Source: the human T2T-CHM13v2.0 reference genome, Homo sapiens. From it: DNA of 64,000 nt. The position numbers and the translations under genes were made by a program. The DNA lies in the NCBI RefSeq assembly GCF_009914755.1, contig NC_060939.1; one strand, written 5' to 3'. Positions 13,523 to 25,091 of the stretch are shown here, in pieces; position 1 is the stretch's first letter; each line of letters opens with the position of its first letter. The notes under the pieces are model-generated. The model saw nothing but the letters and a program-made list of their open reading frames with translations. It was not told the origin of the DNA and ran no database searches.

Positions 13523-14866
13523 CAGTGGAACATCTGTTTTCTAAGTGCTATCTCTTTCCAACCCAGCCTATTTCTCCCCCTCCAGCTTATCATTCAGTCC
13601 AAAGTCTGGAAATGACTGGACTCCTGAGAAGAAATTTCAGAAGTCACGGAAAATGGGGACCAGGGTTTTTGCCTTCCTACCACCTGAGCAGAAGGTGGAT
13701 CCCAGGGGGAAGCCCCCCTAGGGAGAACCTCCAGCCCTACATAATCTTGCAAACTGGGATCTTTTTGATAAGTGGCAGCCTTTCATTTCTTCCAAGAAAT
13801 ATTCTTTTTCCTCTCCCGGGGACTTGTTCAGAGAAGAGATACTCAAGTGATAGGTGCTTTGCAAATATCTAGATGGAGGGGGAAAATGGCATGAGAAAAA
13901 ATTTAGACAAAACAATGTAGATCACCATGGAAACAATCTTTAGAACACACTGAGGAAAAGAAATCATTGTTAACATGGTTCATATTTTGCAGAGATATCC
14001 AATCACCAAATTCAATTTTAGACCTTTCAATCACGCTGCCTTCAAAATGCCAGGGTTGTTATGACCACAGAACATGCTGATTTTCTGGGATCCCTCCTCT
14101 TACTCATCTAATAACCTTTAATGAAGATACAGCTTTAATTAAGGCAACTTACTGTTTCCCTGTTGTTTAATTTGAAATCAGTGAAAGGTCAAGTTACCAT
14201 TAACACAGTGAGTTTACTAAGCTATTTTAGAAGTATTTTTATTCTGACAGCAGAAGCTTATAAGAATATGGCAAAAATATTTAGTTGAAATGTGAACAAG
14301 GAAAATAGGAGGTTTGTCTTTTGCATGGCATGGTAAGAAAAAGAGAAACCATTCTTAGTTACTCAAAAGCAGTTTTTCTTAGAATTTTCTGCCCTAATAT
14401 ACGTGAAAAAGTCTACAGGTATGGATGACTGTTGGTCAATAATAATGCTTCAATATGGCCATTTAAATAAAACCTTTGGGTGTTGCTAATGAACAGTTTG
14501 TTCTGGGGGCTTCTAAAGAAATTTCAGAAGAAAAGCAGTGGCTTTTGCAAGTGAGATCTCAGAGACAGAGGGTCACCACCATCTAGGTGCTGGGCTTCCA
14601 CCTTGCAGGCACAGAAATGTAGTGTTTGCCCATGGTTATCTGCCCACCAGTCTCATGGGGCTTCATCCCTGTTCATTCTCCAGGTTCCCAGTCTTTCTGG
14701 GGAAAAGTTTCTCTCTCTCTCTCTCTCTCGTTACACACTTTAAAAGCAAGGATGTCTTTCTCATTGGAAGGCAAGGCCAGAGTTTTATTGGATAGTCCCA
14801 GGATAGAAAGTTACAAACTATGCATTCTGAGGCCTTTTGGAAAATTTATATGTATAGTGTATATGT

Positions 14867-15007
14867 TAGAGACAGGGTCTCACTTTGTCACCTAGGTTGG
14901 AGTGCAGTGGCACAATCATAGCTCACTGCAGCCTTGAACTCCTGTGATCCTCCCACCTCAGCCTCCTCAGTAGCTGGAACTGCATGTATGAACCACCACC
15001 CTCGGCT
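14867..15007 (-). mobile_element. Alu monomer (right arm/FRAM-like)
   Basis: gagacagggtctcactttgtcacctaggttggagtgcagtggcacaatcatagctcactgcagcc. Confidence 0.85.
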
Positions 15008-15954
15008 TGGAAAATGGATTTGTGCTCTGTTCTCTATTTTCCTTGGCCTTAGTCTTCTCAGTACATGATATGTGTGGGCTGAGGGAGAAAAGAGCCAGTG
15101 TGCTTATGTGAAATAGGAGGCAAGTCTTGATACAACTATGAGCTCTATTTCTTCCTTTCTCTCATTTCTTCCTACAAATATTTGATGAGCACGTACGACG
15201 TATTAGGTATTCTCTCTGGTGCCACTAGTAGTTCTTTTGTGTGCATCTTTTCCCTCTCTGTAGCTTTTCTTCTTCCTACTTTAGGTATCATATTTCTTTC
15301 TGTCCTCCACTTCCCTGTGACCTCAAAACCTATTCTCAGGAATAGGTTGAGCTGTGAGTTGTTTGCACTTTGGTGCAAATGTAAGTTGCTTTAATTTAAT
15401 CTTCCGTTGTTGTATCAAATGATTCCCTGTTCAAGAAATTTTAGACATCAGTTTGCAAGCAGGGGAGATATTTTCAAAGTAGAAGCCCTTCTCCAAAACC
15501 TCAGAGTCACACCATCTGTTGACCACCTACTTGGAATATGCAAGAGATGGGTCCTTTCCTTGGCTTTCATGTATAATCAGAACAGATAATGGAATTGACC
15601 AACCTCAGAAAAACATGCCAACATTGCTATTAGGATAAAGTCCCAAAGCCTTTTCCATAGCACACAAGACCCTGCATAATCCTGCCTCCTACCTAACTCT
15701 TTAGACTCTTTCTTTATCATTGGAGGAAAGCCACATTGGAATTTTGTCAGATCTTTGATCAAAATACCATCTAATCTTAGCATGCTTCTGCTTGGAGTGT
15801 TCTGCTTGTCAACCTCCTTCACCGTGCTAACTCCTACTCCTGCTTCACGTCTCATCTTGGATGTTACTTCTTCTGACAAGCATTCACTGACTCTCAGGGA
15901 CTTAATGAGACTGGGATTAGGCCCCCTGATATATGATCTGATAGCATCATAATT

Positions 15955-16386
15955 TTATTATTTTTTCTTTTTTTAAAAAATTATACTTTAAGTTCTGGGA
16001 TACATGTGCAGAACGTGCAGGTTTGTTACACAGGTATACACGTGCCATGGTGGTTTGCTGCATCCATCAACCCATCATTTACATCAACATTAGATATTTC
16101 TCCTAATGCTATCCCTCCCCTAGCCCCCCACTCCCCGACAGGCCCTGGTGTGTGATGTTCCCCTCCCTGTGTCCATGTGTTCTCATTGTTCAACTCCCAC
16201 TTATGAGTGAGAACCTGCGGTGTTTAGTTTTCTGTTCTTGCGTTAGTTTGCTGAGAATGATGGCTTCCAGCTTCACTCATGTCTCTGCCAAGGACATGAA
16301 CTCATCCTTTTTAATGGCTACATAGTATTCCATGGTGTATATGTGCCACATTTTCTTTATCCAGTCTATCACTGATGGGCATTTGA
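15955..16386 (-). mobile_element. L1PA 3' end inserted in L2 (L2 flanks about 15630-15950 and 16390-16545)
   Basis: ttatactttaagttctgggatacatgtgcagaacgtgcagg...ccagtctatcactgatgggcatttg. Confidence 0.92.
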
Positions 16387-16825
16387 GCACAAGTAATTTT
16401 CATAGCACTTCTCATAGTTGTGCTTAGTTATTTATTTCACAGAAGTATACTTCATTAATTTTAGTCTTCACACTGTCTTGTCTATTATTTTGTATCAAAC
16501 ATCTATCAGAGTGCTGGGCTCATAGTAAATATCTGTGGAATGTATACATAACCAATCTTAAATACTAAATCTCAAAGTCAAAACTTCATCAAGAGTCCCC
16601 TTGCAGTTTGGTAATAAGCTGATTAGCTCTGCCTTGCTGAGTGTTCACCTACTGTGAAGGTAATTCCATCTTGGACAGAATCTGTACTTGGGTTGTGCCC
16701 TCATTGTCTCATGTCTAGGATTTCCCCACTTCAGCTCATGAGATCATACCAGAATAATCTTCCCCTAAACTCTGGTTTGACCAGGTCATTCTTCTGCTCA
16801 AAAGCCTCTGATGGATTGGAGTTGG

Positions 16826-16867
16826 CTACAGAATAAAGTTCAGACTCTACAGAATAAAGTTCAGACT
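16826..16867. repeat. Perfect 21-bp tandem duplication
   Basis: ctacagaataaagttcagact x2, read directly. Confidence 0.95.
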
Positions 16868-18489
16868 CCACCTGGCCTTCTTTAAGCCCTTTTGTATGTT
16901 GATCCTGACCTCTATTTCTATATTAACTTCCTTTCTGAGATGAATTGTTCCTTCCACCAGACATTTTTACTCACTGACTTTAAGCTTTTGTTTACATTAT
17001 TTTCTCTATCCAGAAGCACCTCCTATCCTTCTGTTTATAAAACTCATATTCCATCTTCTAAGAGAACAACTCATATTCTGAGAGAAAAACTCATATTCCA
17101 TCTTCTCTGTGCAATAGTCTCAGGCCACTAGTGTTAGGACTCTTTCAGGTGCAAGTGGTGAGACTGATCTCAAATTGCTCTAAGTAAAAAAGAGAACTTA
17201 CTCTTAATACATGCAAGGTACTGTGTATTTCGAATTTTCCTTTAGTCTGCATGAGTTCTCCCCCACCCCCCGCAAAGGAAAATGGAGATATTTTACCTAT
17301 TCCTGTGATAACAGTATCTCAGTTTTCCTTTGTGGAACCACCCACGTCTCACGCTCCATTCATGCAGTTCCATGAGGCTGACCTCACCCATGGGCTCCAG
17401 GAGTGGAAGTTTTTTCTATCTCTGGGGGAAGTCCTCTCTCCATCTGCTTCCTTCTTCCTACAGCTTCTGGCAAGATCTGTAGCTTATACTTGCATTCTTA
17501 CACGTAGGAGTCATCCAATAAGTATTTGTTCATTATATTTCAGAATGGGGGGTTGAGGGAAGGGTGGAAGACTCAGATTTTCTCTGGGATTGTGTAGTTC
17601 AAAAACTTAAATTTGCCCTCACTGCTAAAGGAAATCGAAGGTCAACACGTCTGTGTTATGGCATTTGAATCATGGAGATCCAAATGTATCTCAAATATAT
17701 TTTCTTAGCTATAAGTTATCTCCTGGTCAATTTGGAAATCATTCAACTCTTTGTATGTATGGCCCATCTATATGGCTCTTATATATGTAAAATGAAGTTA
17801 TACAGGCAATGTACATAACTCAGCCAGCTGGTCTCCTTTTTATGGGGATTTTGCTCATTTTTAATTTAATAAAGAAATCATTCTTTCACTGAATTTTAAT
17901 TCACGATGATAAGACTTCAGAAATATAGTATTATATTCAGAAAGAATTTCAGTCTTCTTGCTGTCAAACACCTCTTGCTCTCACATGGGCACTTTAATGT
18001 TGTCAGGATGTAAATTCTATTTTGACAGAGTCCTTATAGATGGAATTTTCAACTTTTTATTCTTAGCTAATATGGATGGGTAAGAGGATGTTTGAGTTTT
18101 CTCTTCTGTTTTCATAAAAACATACTTTCCCACAAGACTAGATGAAAATAGTCTGGTTGTGAAGCATTCTAAGGTTTGGAGAGACAAAGTTTTCTCTGCT
18201 CCTCAAGACCTACTGTTAACTATCTCCAAATGGCTCTGCGGTTATTGTTATCTCTAATTGCTGTGATGCTTTGGAGAGTCTGAAGGCACTGGAATCGTTG
18301 TTTCCACCAAGAAATGGTTTCTTCTACTTACTTTTGGTGCAGTTCCAGTTGAGTTTCCGATGTAAAGAGTTATGGCTACAGAGCCATTGTCCTTTGCTCT
18401 TTACATAATGTTAGGGCCTGATGATTAGAAGGATGTAAGTTTTTACCTCTTTTGTCCAGGAATAAGAGTAGACTGAACTACACTCAACA

Positions 18490-19012
18490 CTTGTATTAGC
18501 TATCTATTGCTATGTAAAAAGTGATCCCAACATGAAGTAGCTTCATAATAAACGTGTTCAACAATAAACATGTATTATCTCACACATTTTCTGTGTGGAA
18601 TCTGGGAGAGGTTTAGCTGGGTGGTTCTGGCTCAGGATGTCTCATGAAGTTATGTCAAGGTGTTGGCCTGGGGCAGTAGTCATCTGAAGGCTTTGCTGGG
18701 GCTGAACTGGGGTTTTCAAGGTGGCTCATTCACATGGGTATTGGCTGCAAGCCTAAGTTTCTTGCTTATGGAGACCCCTGCTTGAAGGCATGGCAGCTGG
18801 CTTCCTCCAGAATGAGTGATCAAAGAGAGACACCAAGGAAGAAGCTGCAATGCCTCTTATGGCCTTGTCTCAAAAGCAGTCACTTTGTCCATATTCTACT
18901 CGCTAGAAGTGAGTCACTAGGTGTAGCCCATACTCAGGGTGAGGGGAATTGAGGCCTACTTTTTGAGAGATGGTATATCAAATAATTTGGGGACATATTT
19001 TTAAACTGCCAC
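18490..19012 (-). mobile_element. MaLR LTR, MLT1F-like
   Basis: tgtattagctatctattgct...ttagctgggtggttctggctcagg..tctcatgaagtt...gaagtgagtcacta..agcccatactcagggtgagggg...ttaaactgccac. Confidence 0.8.
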
Positions 19013-20229
19013 TGTTCTTTTATTTCCCTCCTTTATGATTGGCTAGGTGCAAAACACATACAGATGAACAAACCAATCAAGGTCAGGGGTTTAGTCTGGA
19101 GTCAGCAAATGGACAGATAAGTACTGTTCCCTCAGTCTTGGGGTAATTTACAGAGAATTTCATGCTTCCAACCTAACAAAATAGGTGGTCCCCAAAGCTC
19201 TAAAAAGATGAAGTGGAAATTCGGTCTGAGAGAGCCAGATTTTCAAACAATACTGGCTTCTGTGCCCTTGTGAATATGCAGTGGCCAGGAGGTAGCTTTA
19301 CTCGGGGAGTGCTCAGAGAATGGGACACCAGGAAGGCTTCTGAACAGGGATAGAACTGCTTGGCTGTGCTCACTTAGACTAATAGGTCAGAATGCAGGCA
19401 GCAGATGGTAAGACCTGAGTAAGAAGCTAGCTAGTTCTGTTCTGCAGGTTGGCAAAGGCCAGTCACAGATGGCGACAGTGAGGCTACAAGTAGATCCCAG
19501 TTCTGGGATCAAGCAAGTGCCAAAGCCTCACACTAAAATTATCTGCAGCACTGCTGAGAGACGTGCAGGATCCACAGGCAGAATTCTAGGCTTGGATAGC
19601 TAAAACAGAGACCATAGTGGTTCTGGCCCCTTGGTGGCTCTAAGTGCAAAACATGAGGAAGGGAGCACTTGGTACCAGATGGAGAGGTTGCGGGAACAGA
19701 GCATGACTGTCAGACCACAGAGTGAAACATCGCACCATAAAGACAGATGGCGAGAGGGGTGCCCCCCTCCGTGGCAGCTCACTGCCTTTTGAGTACTCTT
19801 ACTGCCTGTGTACCCTTCAAACGGGCCTCTCCAAAAGCTTCTACTTCCAAAGCATTTTTATCTAGAAGTCAAATGTAAGTGTTTCAAGCTTGATTCCAGG
19901 CTGAGAGCACTTCATAGCTTTTCTATTTTCTCACATTTAGAGACTACCAGGTTTCTGATGCACTAATTAACAAGGGAATCATAGAATGGTGTAATTTATG
20001 AAATTGAGCATTGGAGAAAAGGATAGAGTCTTTCCAGTACATTCTTGCTATTAAGATACCCGTGCAAAGGCAGAGGGTGTGGGAAACAGAAAATGCACAT
20101 ATTTATACTTCAAGGTATAGATCAACTCTACATGTCATTACCCTACCAAGAAATTCAGTGGCTCTGCTGCTACCACCTTTAGATGCAGACAGGCAGGGCT
20201 TCCCTTTAAAGGCTCTGCTCTGGCTCTTC

Positions 20230-20810
20230 CCCAGCTGTGCTCCTACATCTGAGGAGTCCATTAAGCCAAGAAATGTGTCCACCTGGAGGTGACTGTACCC
20301 CTTCAGACCTCACATCAGGTACCCAGGAGCCAGTATTCCCTGCCCAAATGGCTCTGAGCCACTTCCAGAGCCTGCATAGGCTTCTCCCCTAGATCCTGAG
20401 ATATGCACCCCTGGACCTGTGGAATAGCCAAGAAATGACTGTTTTGGAGGGGAGAAAGTGAAGACAGAGCTTGGACATGTGGGCTAGTGCGTTCATGGAG
20501 TGGAGGGTACCTGGCACTGTAGGGCTGAAGGGGCCATGGGAAGCAAAGGGTAAAGGCTGCTCCATGTGGGGAGCAGTTCTCTCTGACCTGCCTTGTTCCA
20601 GCAAGGAGCTCTGAGAAGTCTCAGAATTCTCAATTCAAACTGGGTCTTCCAAGTTGTTATGAAAGTATATTTGTCAAGGTGAAAGGATATAATGCTTTTA
20701 GTACTCCATTTGTTAGCTTTTTAACTTTCACATATTTAGACATTTGGTATGTGGGTCTCCATGTGTAGCCTTCTCATGGTCCCTACAAATATTAAAATTG
20801 GTCCCGGCTC
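20230..20810 (-). mobile_element. hAT-Tip100 DNA element, MER115/Zaphod-like
   Basis: Reverse complement reads atggagacccacataccaaatgtctaaatat..gctaacaaa..ccttgacaaatatactttcataac, matching recalled MER115/Zaphod. Confidence 0.55.
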
Positions 20811-21488
20811 CCCATTTAATATGGAATCCAAGTCAAATCGGCTTGGCCTGATTTTTAAGGCCTTTTACTATTTGATTTTTCTCTAATCTTACCTCCCGCT
20901 ACTCTCTGCAGGAATCTTCTATCTGTCAAACCTGTCGACCTACAGCCCAGGCTCAGCCCACATCCTTTTCTCTGTGCTCAGGTTCACATTATTTTTCTCC
21001 TCTGAAAGGCCTCCGTTTCTGCCTTGGATTTATATGGCCAACGTAGTGTTTCATTATGACCCAGCTCAAGCCTCACAGCCATGTCTCCTCCTCTGGACTC
21101 TTCTAACAGCTTTTGTCTCAGCCACTTATTGGCACTCAAAGTGTGCAACTGTGTGTGGCCATTTTTCATATTATGCACAAGGTGTGGCTATAAGATAAGG
21201 AGACATAAATATGCAAGTTTTCAAACCAGGACAAGGGACAGGGAAAAAAAAAAAAAAAAGAAGAGTTGCCAAAGAATCAGGAGAATGTAGTTAGGCAGCT
21301 ACTAAGGGAAGAGATGTCAGCATTGTCAATAAGCTGAGAGAGGTCATGAGAAAGATACCCCAAAATAGACCATTATTCTAGAAGGTAAGAGGTCTTTTGT
21401 AACCATTGAAAGAATAGCAGATTGTGTGAGCAAAAGCAACGCTGTAGTGGGAAAAATAAGAGATGAGAAAGTGGAGACAACAAGTATA

Positions 21489-21800
21489 CTTTTATTTATT
21501 TATTTAGAGACAGGGCCTCAATCTGTGGCCCAGGCTGGAGTGCAGTGGCTTGGTCACAGTACACTGCAGCCTCAACCTCCCACACTCAAGCGATCATCCC
21601 ATCTCAGCACCCCGCCTCCCCCACCGCGAATAGCTGGGACTATAGGTGTGTGCCACCACACCCGGCTAGTTTTTTATTTTTTGCATATAGGGGAGTCTTA
21701 TTATGTTCCCAGACTGGTTTCAAACTCCTGGCCTCAAGCAATCCTCCCACCTTGGCATCCCAAGGTGCTGGGATTACAGGCATGAGCCACAGTGCTCAGC
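21489..21800 (-). mobile_element. AluJ-like SINE
   Basis: (TTTA)n tail and full dimer ending gagccacagtgctcagc. Confidence 0.92.
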
Positions 21801-22196
21801 AGCAAATATAATGTTTCTCAAGAAGTGTGATTCCTAGGAGAAAGGAGAAGGTAGTTTGGGTGGAAGAGATTGGGTGGCTTTGTTCTGTTCAAAGGATGGG
21901 CGAGACTATGTTTGTGGGAGAAAGATTTAGGTTAGAGGAAGAAATTAATAATGGGGAAAGAAAGAATAGCTGAATAAAATCTGGGAATGGCTGGGATCCA
22001 GGGCACAGGTGCAAGATTTAACCTTGAGGAGAAAGGGCACTTCTTGCTGTGGGTGAGGGAGTGAAGAGGGTAAGATGAATGAAGGTACAGGATAGGCATA
22101 ATAATGAAGAGCCTGGATTTAAGGGTGAAGCCACTGGCTCACATTATAGAGGAAAGGCTAGGAAAGCCGAATTTTCTGGGGCCAGGTCCAGATTTA

Positions 22197-22483
22197 ATAT
22201 ATTTAAGTATAACAGTCTTAATTCATTCCTTTCACCTTATTCAGTGCCCTGGGTGTGCCAAATACTACTGGGCACTGGGGTCTACAAAGGTACGACTTTT
22301 CATGTAATGTTGGAATTTGTTATGTTGGTAACTCGAGATTTGCATATATTTAACAGTCTTAATTCATTCCTTTCACATTATTCAGTGCCCTGGGTGTGCC
22401 AAATACTACTGGGCACTGGGGTCTATAAAGGTACGACTTTTCATTAATTTTGGAATTTGTTATGTTGGTAACTCGAGATTTGC
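22197..22483. repeat. Tandem duplication of about 140 bp (L2-3'-end-like unit) just upstream of the CpG island
   Basis: Copy 1 22197-22343, copy 2 22344-22483; both contain aacagtcttaattcattcc...ctcgagatttgc with few differences. Confidence 0.95.
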
Positions 22484-23099
22484 TTTTCATTCTTCTGGAA
22501 GGCTGTATGTAGAAATAAATACAGTCATCAGACGAGTTCTTTGTCAGACCAGATGTCCTGGGTTGGGGTTTGGAAAACATGGGCATCTTAACAATGGTGC
22601 CCTGTTTGAGGTGGAGAGGGAGGAGAGGCCCAAATCGGGGAAAGGAATTAAATGGAGGTTTAGACGCGGGTAACCGGAGTGGGTGGGCCTTCAACCTGGA
22701 AGATGGGAATCCCCAGCGCACTTCGGGCAGCGCTGTAACCAAGGGTAACCGCACCTCGGTTTACACCGGTGTGAAGACCAGCCTCTTCCCCAAACCAGGT
22801 GTATCTACGGCGGCCTAGCAGGACCACACACAAGCCAAGCACGTCACGTCATTCGAGCTACCTTACCGCGAAAGTCCACTGCCTCCTACTACTTCTGGTC
22901 ACTACTACCTTTGCTCACAGTTTATTAAGGAGGAGCGGAGAAGAAGAGGGGCGGAGAAGGGGCGGGGAGAATCACCTTTCCTTTTTTACAATTGGTCGTA
23001 GTAGACTCCGAGTCCTGCCGCCCGTCCTGCAGCCGACAGGCTGCCAGGACTGTCACTCGAGGAGCTGCCGCTACCGCCCCCCGCCGTGGCCCCGCCCCT

Positions 23100-23309
23100 T
23101 GCCGTGGCTGGGATCTCGCGGGAAGAGCTGCGGGCACGGCGGTGGCTCGGTCTCCCGGCTGCGCGCGGAGCGGGAGGGCTCTCCTCACACAAGCGCTTCC
23201 TTGCCGAGAGGCTGGAGCTGCGGCACCGCAGGCCTGAGCCACCCCTTCTCTGCTGTCTCCTTCTCTTCCTCAGGGCTCCCGTGTCTGCTCGCCCTCCGAC
23301 GCTGCTCAG
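23100..23309 (+). other. Candidate non-coding first exon (TSS approximate), donor CAG|GTTAGA
   Basis: ATG-free GC-rich segment downstream of the promoter motifs, followed by G-run-rich intron-like sequence. An alternative donor GAG|GTGAGG lies at 23536/23537. Confidence 0.6.
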
Positions 23310-23739
23310 GTTAGAAAGCCCGGAGCGCGTCTCCGCTGAGGAGCGGTCGGGGAGCGGGGACACGGAGCAGCCGGAGCAGGCGGGCTCCTGACGGGGGCGG
23401 CTCTGGGGGCTGCGCGGCGCTGCCTGGTGGGCGCGAGGCTTGGCGGGGTTTGGGAGTCCGGGGGGCGAGGAGGCGGTGCAGTGGGATCCGGGCGCGGGCG
23501 CCCAAGGGCGGTGTAGCGGGTGCCGGAGCTCCCGAGGTGAGGGGGCAATGTATTAGGGATCCTGGGGGCTCTTCCGGCTTGGGGTAGGGGTGGGTGGCGG
23601 CACACGGGGTCCTAGGTCTTTGACGTCGAGGGAGATTTATCAGGGTCTTGAGCTTCTTGGAGGTGGTGTAGCGGGGTTCCGGGACAAGGGGTCTTTTTAC
23701 CCGGGTCCCGAGCTCTTTGGGGCAGAGAATGCAGTTTAG

Positions 23740-23765
23740 CAAGGTTTACACCGGTGTAAACCTTG
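23740..23765. repeat. Perfect 26-bp palindrome CAAGGTTTACACCGGTGTAAACCTTG
   Basis: Self-reverse-complementary, read directly. Confidence 0.97.
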
Positions 23766-25091
23766 TCTCTGGAGGCAGATCATCGGGGTCTTGGGGGTTC
23801 TTTGAGCGGGCGTGGGCGTCCGTTTCGCATTGCTGGGATGAAGAAGCAGTGTGTCCGGGTTCTGGGGAGAGGGGTCTGTTCATCGGTGTCTCCGGGTGAG
23901 AGAGCGATGTATCCGTTCCGCTGGGGCCGGGGCCGCCTTGGGGGGTTGTTGGGGGCTGAGGGTGTGTAGCGGCGACCAGCGTCTGGCCGGGGTTTCTGCT
24001 TTGCCCGGAGCGGGGCGGTAACTTGGCATGGTCTCCAGTCTTTTGGGGGCGACGGGGCGAGTTAGCTGGCCCCCGGGCAGTCTCTCGGGGTGGGCGCGGC
24101 TCCGCAGGCGCTGGGTCCGCTGAGGGCGGGAGAGGGCTTTGGTGCTACCGCGCAGGCTGGGCAGCATCCTGAAACGTTTTTGTTCAGGTCTCCTTCTCTC
24201 TGGATGAGATTTACTCAATGCTTAGTTGGAGGATTGATCGGTGTTGTTGCCTAGTTGAAGAAGCAGTGCGTTTGTTCTGCAGTTTTCTTTTCTCTGCCCC
24301 GGGATCCCTGTGGGGGCGCGCTGGTCTCGCTGGAGCTCCGGGAGCTAGAGTGGCAGCACCTTAGGTGGGCGTTTGGTCTGCAGGTTCTTTAGGAGGCCGG
24401 TGTCCGCAGGTTGAGCGTGGATACAGCTCCTGAGCAACTGGAATCTGTTGAGGGTGGGGAAGACTGTGATTTTGGTTTGCTTTCCTAGGTGGTGGTCTGC
24501 TTTGCTCATCCTGCATGATTAGATCTGTTCTGAAGTCTTGCCTGAGTGAATGTTAGGCAGAGTCGGATAGTGCAGGGAAGCGTGTTCTGTCTGGCTTCTT
24601 TCTGTCCTTTGAAAAGCATTTGTAGAGAGGGATAACGTCAAATTCAGCCTCCAGAAAACAATGGAATTTGAAATCCCAAAGCTAGAACTCTGCAAAAACG
24701 TTTTCTGTGACCTGTAAGGATGGTTAATCGAGCTTTTTTAGAGAATTCTGCTTAACAGTTTCATTGTATTGTAAAAGTGTATTTAGCCTTGGATATTACA
24801 GAGGTTTTGGTAACTAGCGTAGGCGTAGGTGGGATTTAAATAAAATGACTTGTATGTATGTGTATTGGTTAAAAAAAAAAACAGCGTATAGGTGAGAAAG
24901 CCTATGTGTTTGCCTGACATTTCTTTTGGTTAGTTACTCTATCACAGAGGCCTGTATATGAAAGTTAATGTGGCAGGCAGTGAAGTCCGTACTCAGAGCT
25001 GTTCTGTAAATATGTAATCTGGGGTTAACAGACAAATTTGAGTATACCAAAGCAAATAATTTTGCCTGCCTTAGTCTTTTTCTTCGTGTCA

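Larger units (their letters stand above)
22630..24420 (+). promoter_or_regulatory. CpG-island promoter of an unidentified gene, probably transcribed on +
   Basis: High GC and CpG content; GC boxes near 22947-22967 and 23089-23098; ATTGG 22991-22995; CACGTCACGTCA 22840-22851; TCTCGCGGGA 23114-23123; strong G-skew downstream of 23310. Confidence 0.9.

Noticed and set aside
22079-22447. 122-aa ORF with an internal peptide repeat
   Set aside because: Artefact of the 140-bp tandem duplication.
23100-23309. Naming the host gene
   Set aside because: No coding exon is visible in the window and I do not reliably recognise the 5'UTR; a BLAT search would settle it.
22799-24218. Many overlapping ORFs in the CpG island
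   Set aside because: Expected stop-codon scarcity in GC-rich DNA; many use non-ATG starts and give low-complexity R/P/G/A peptides.
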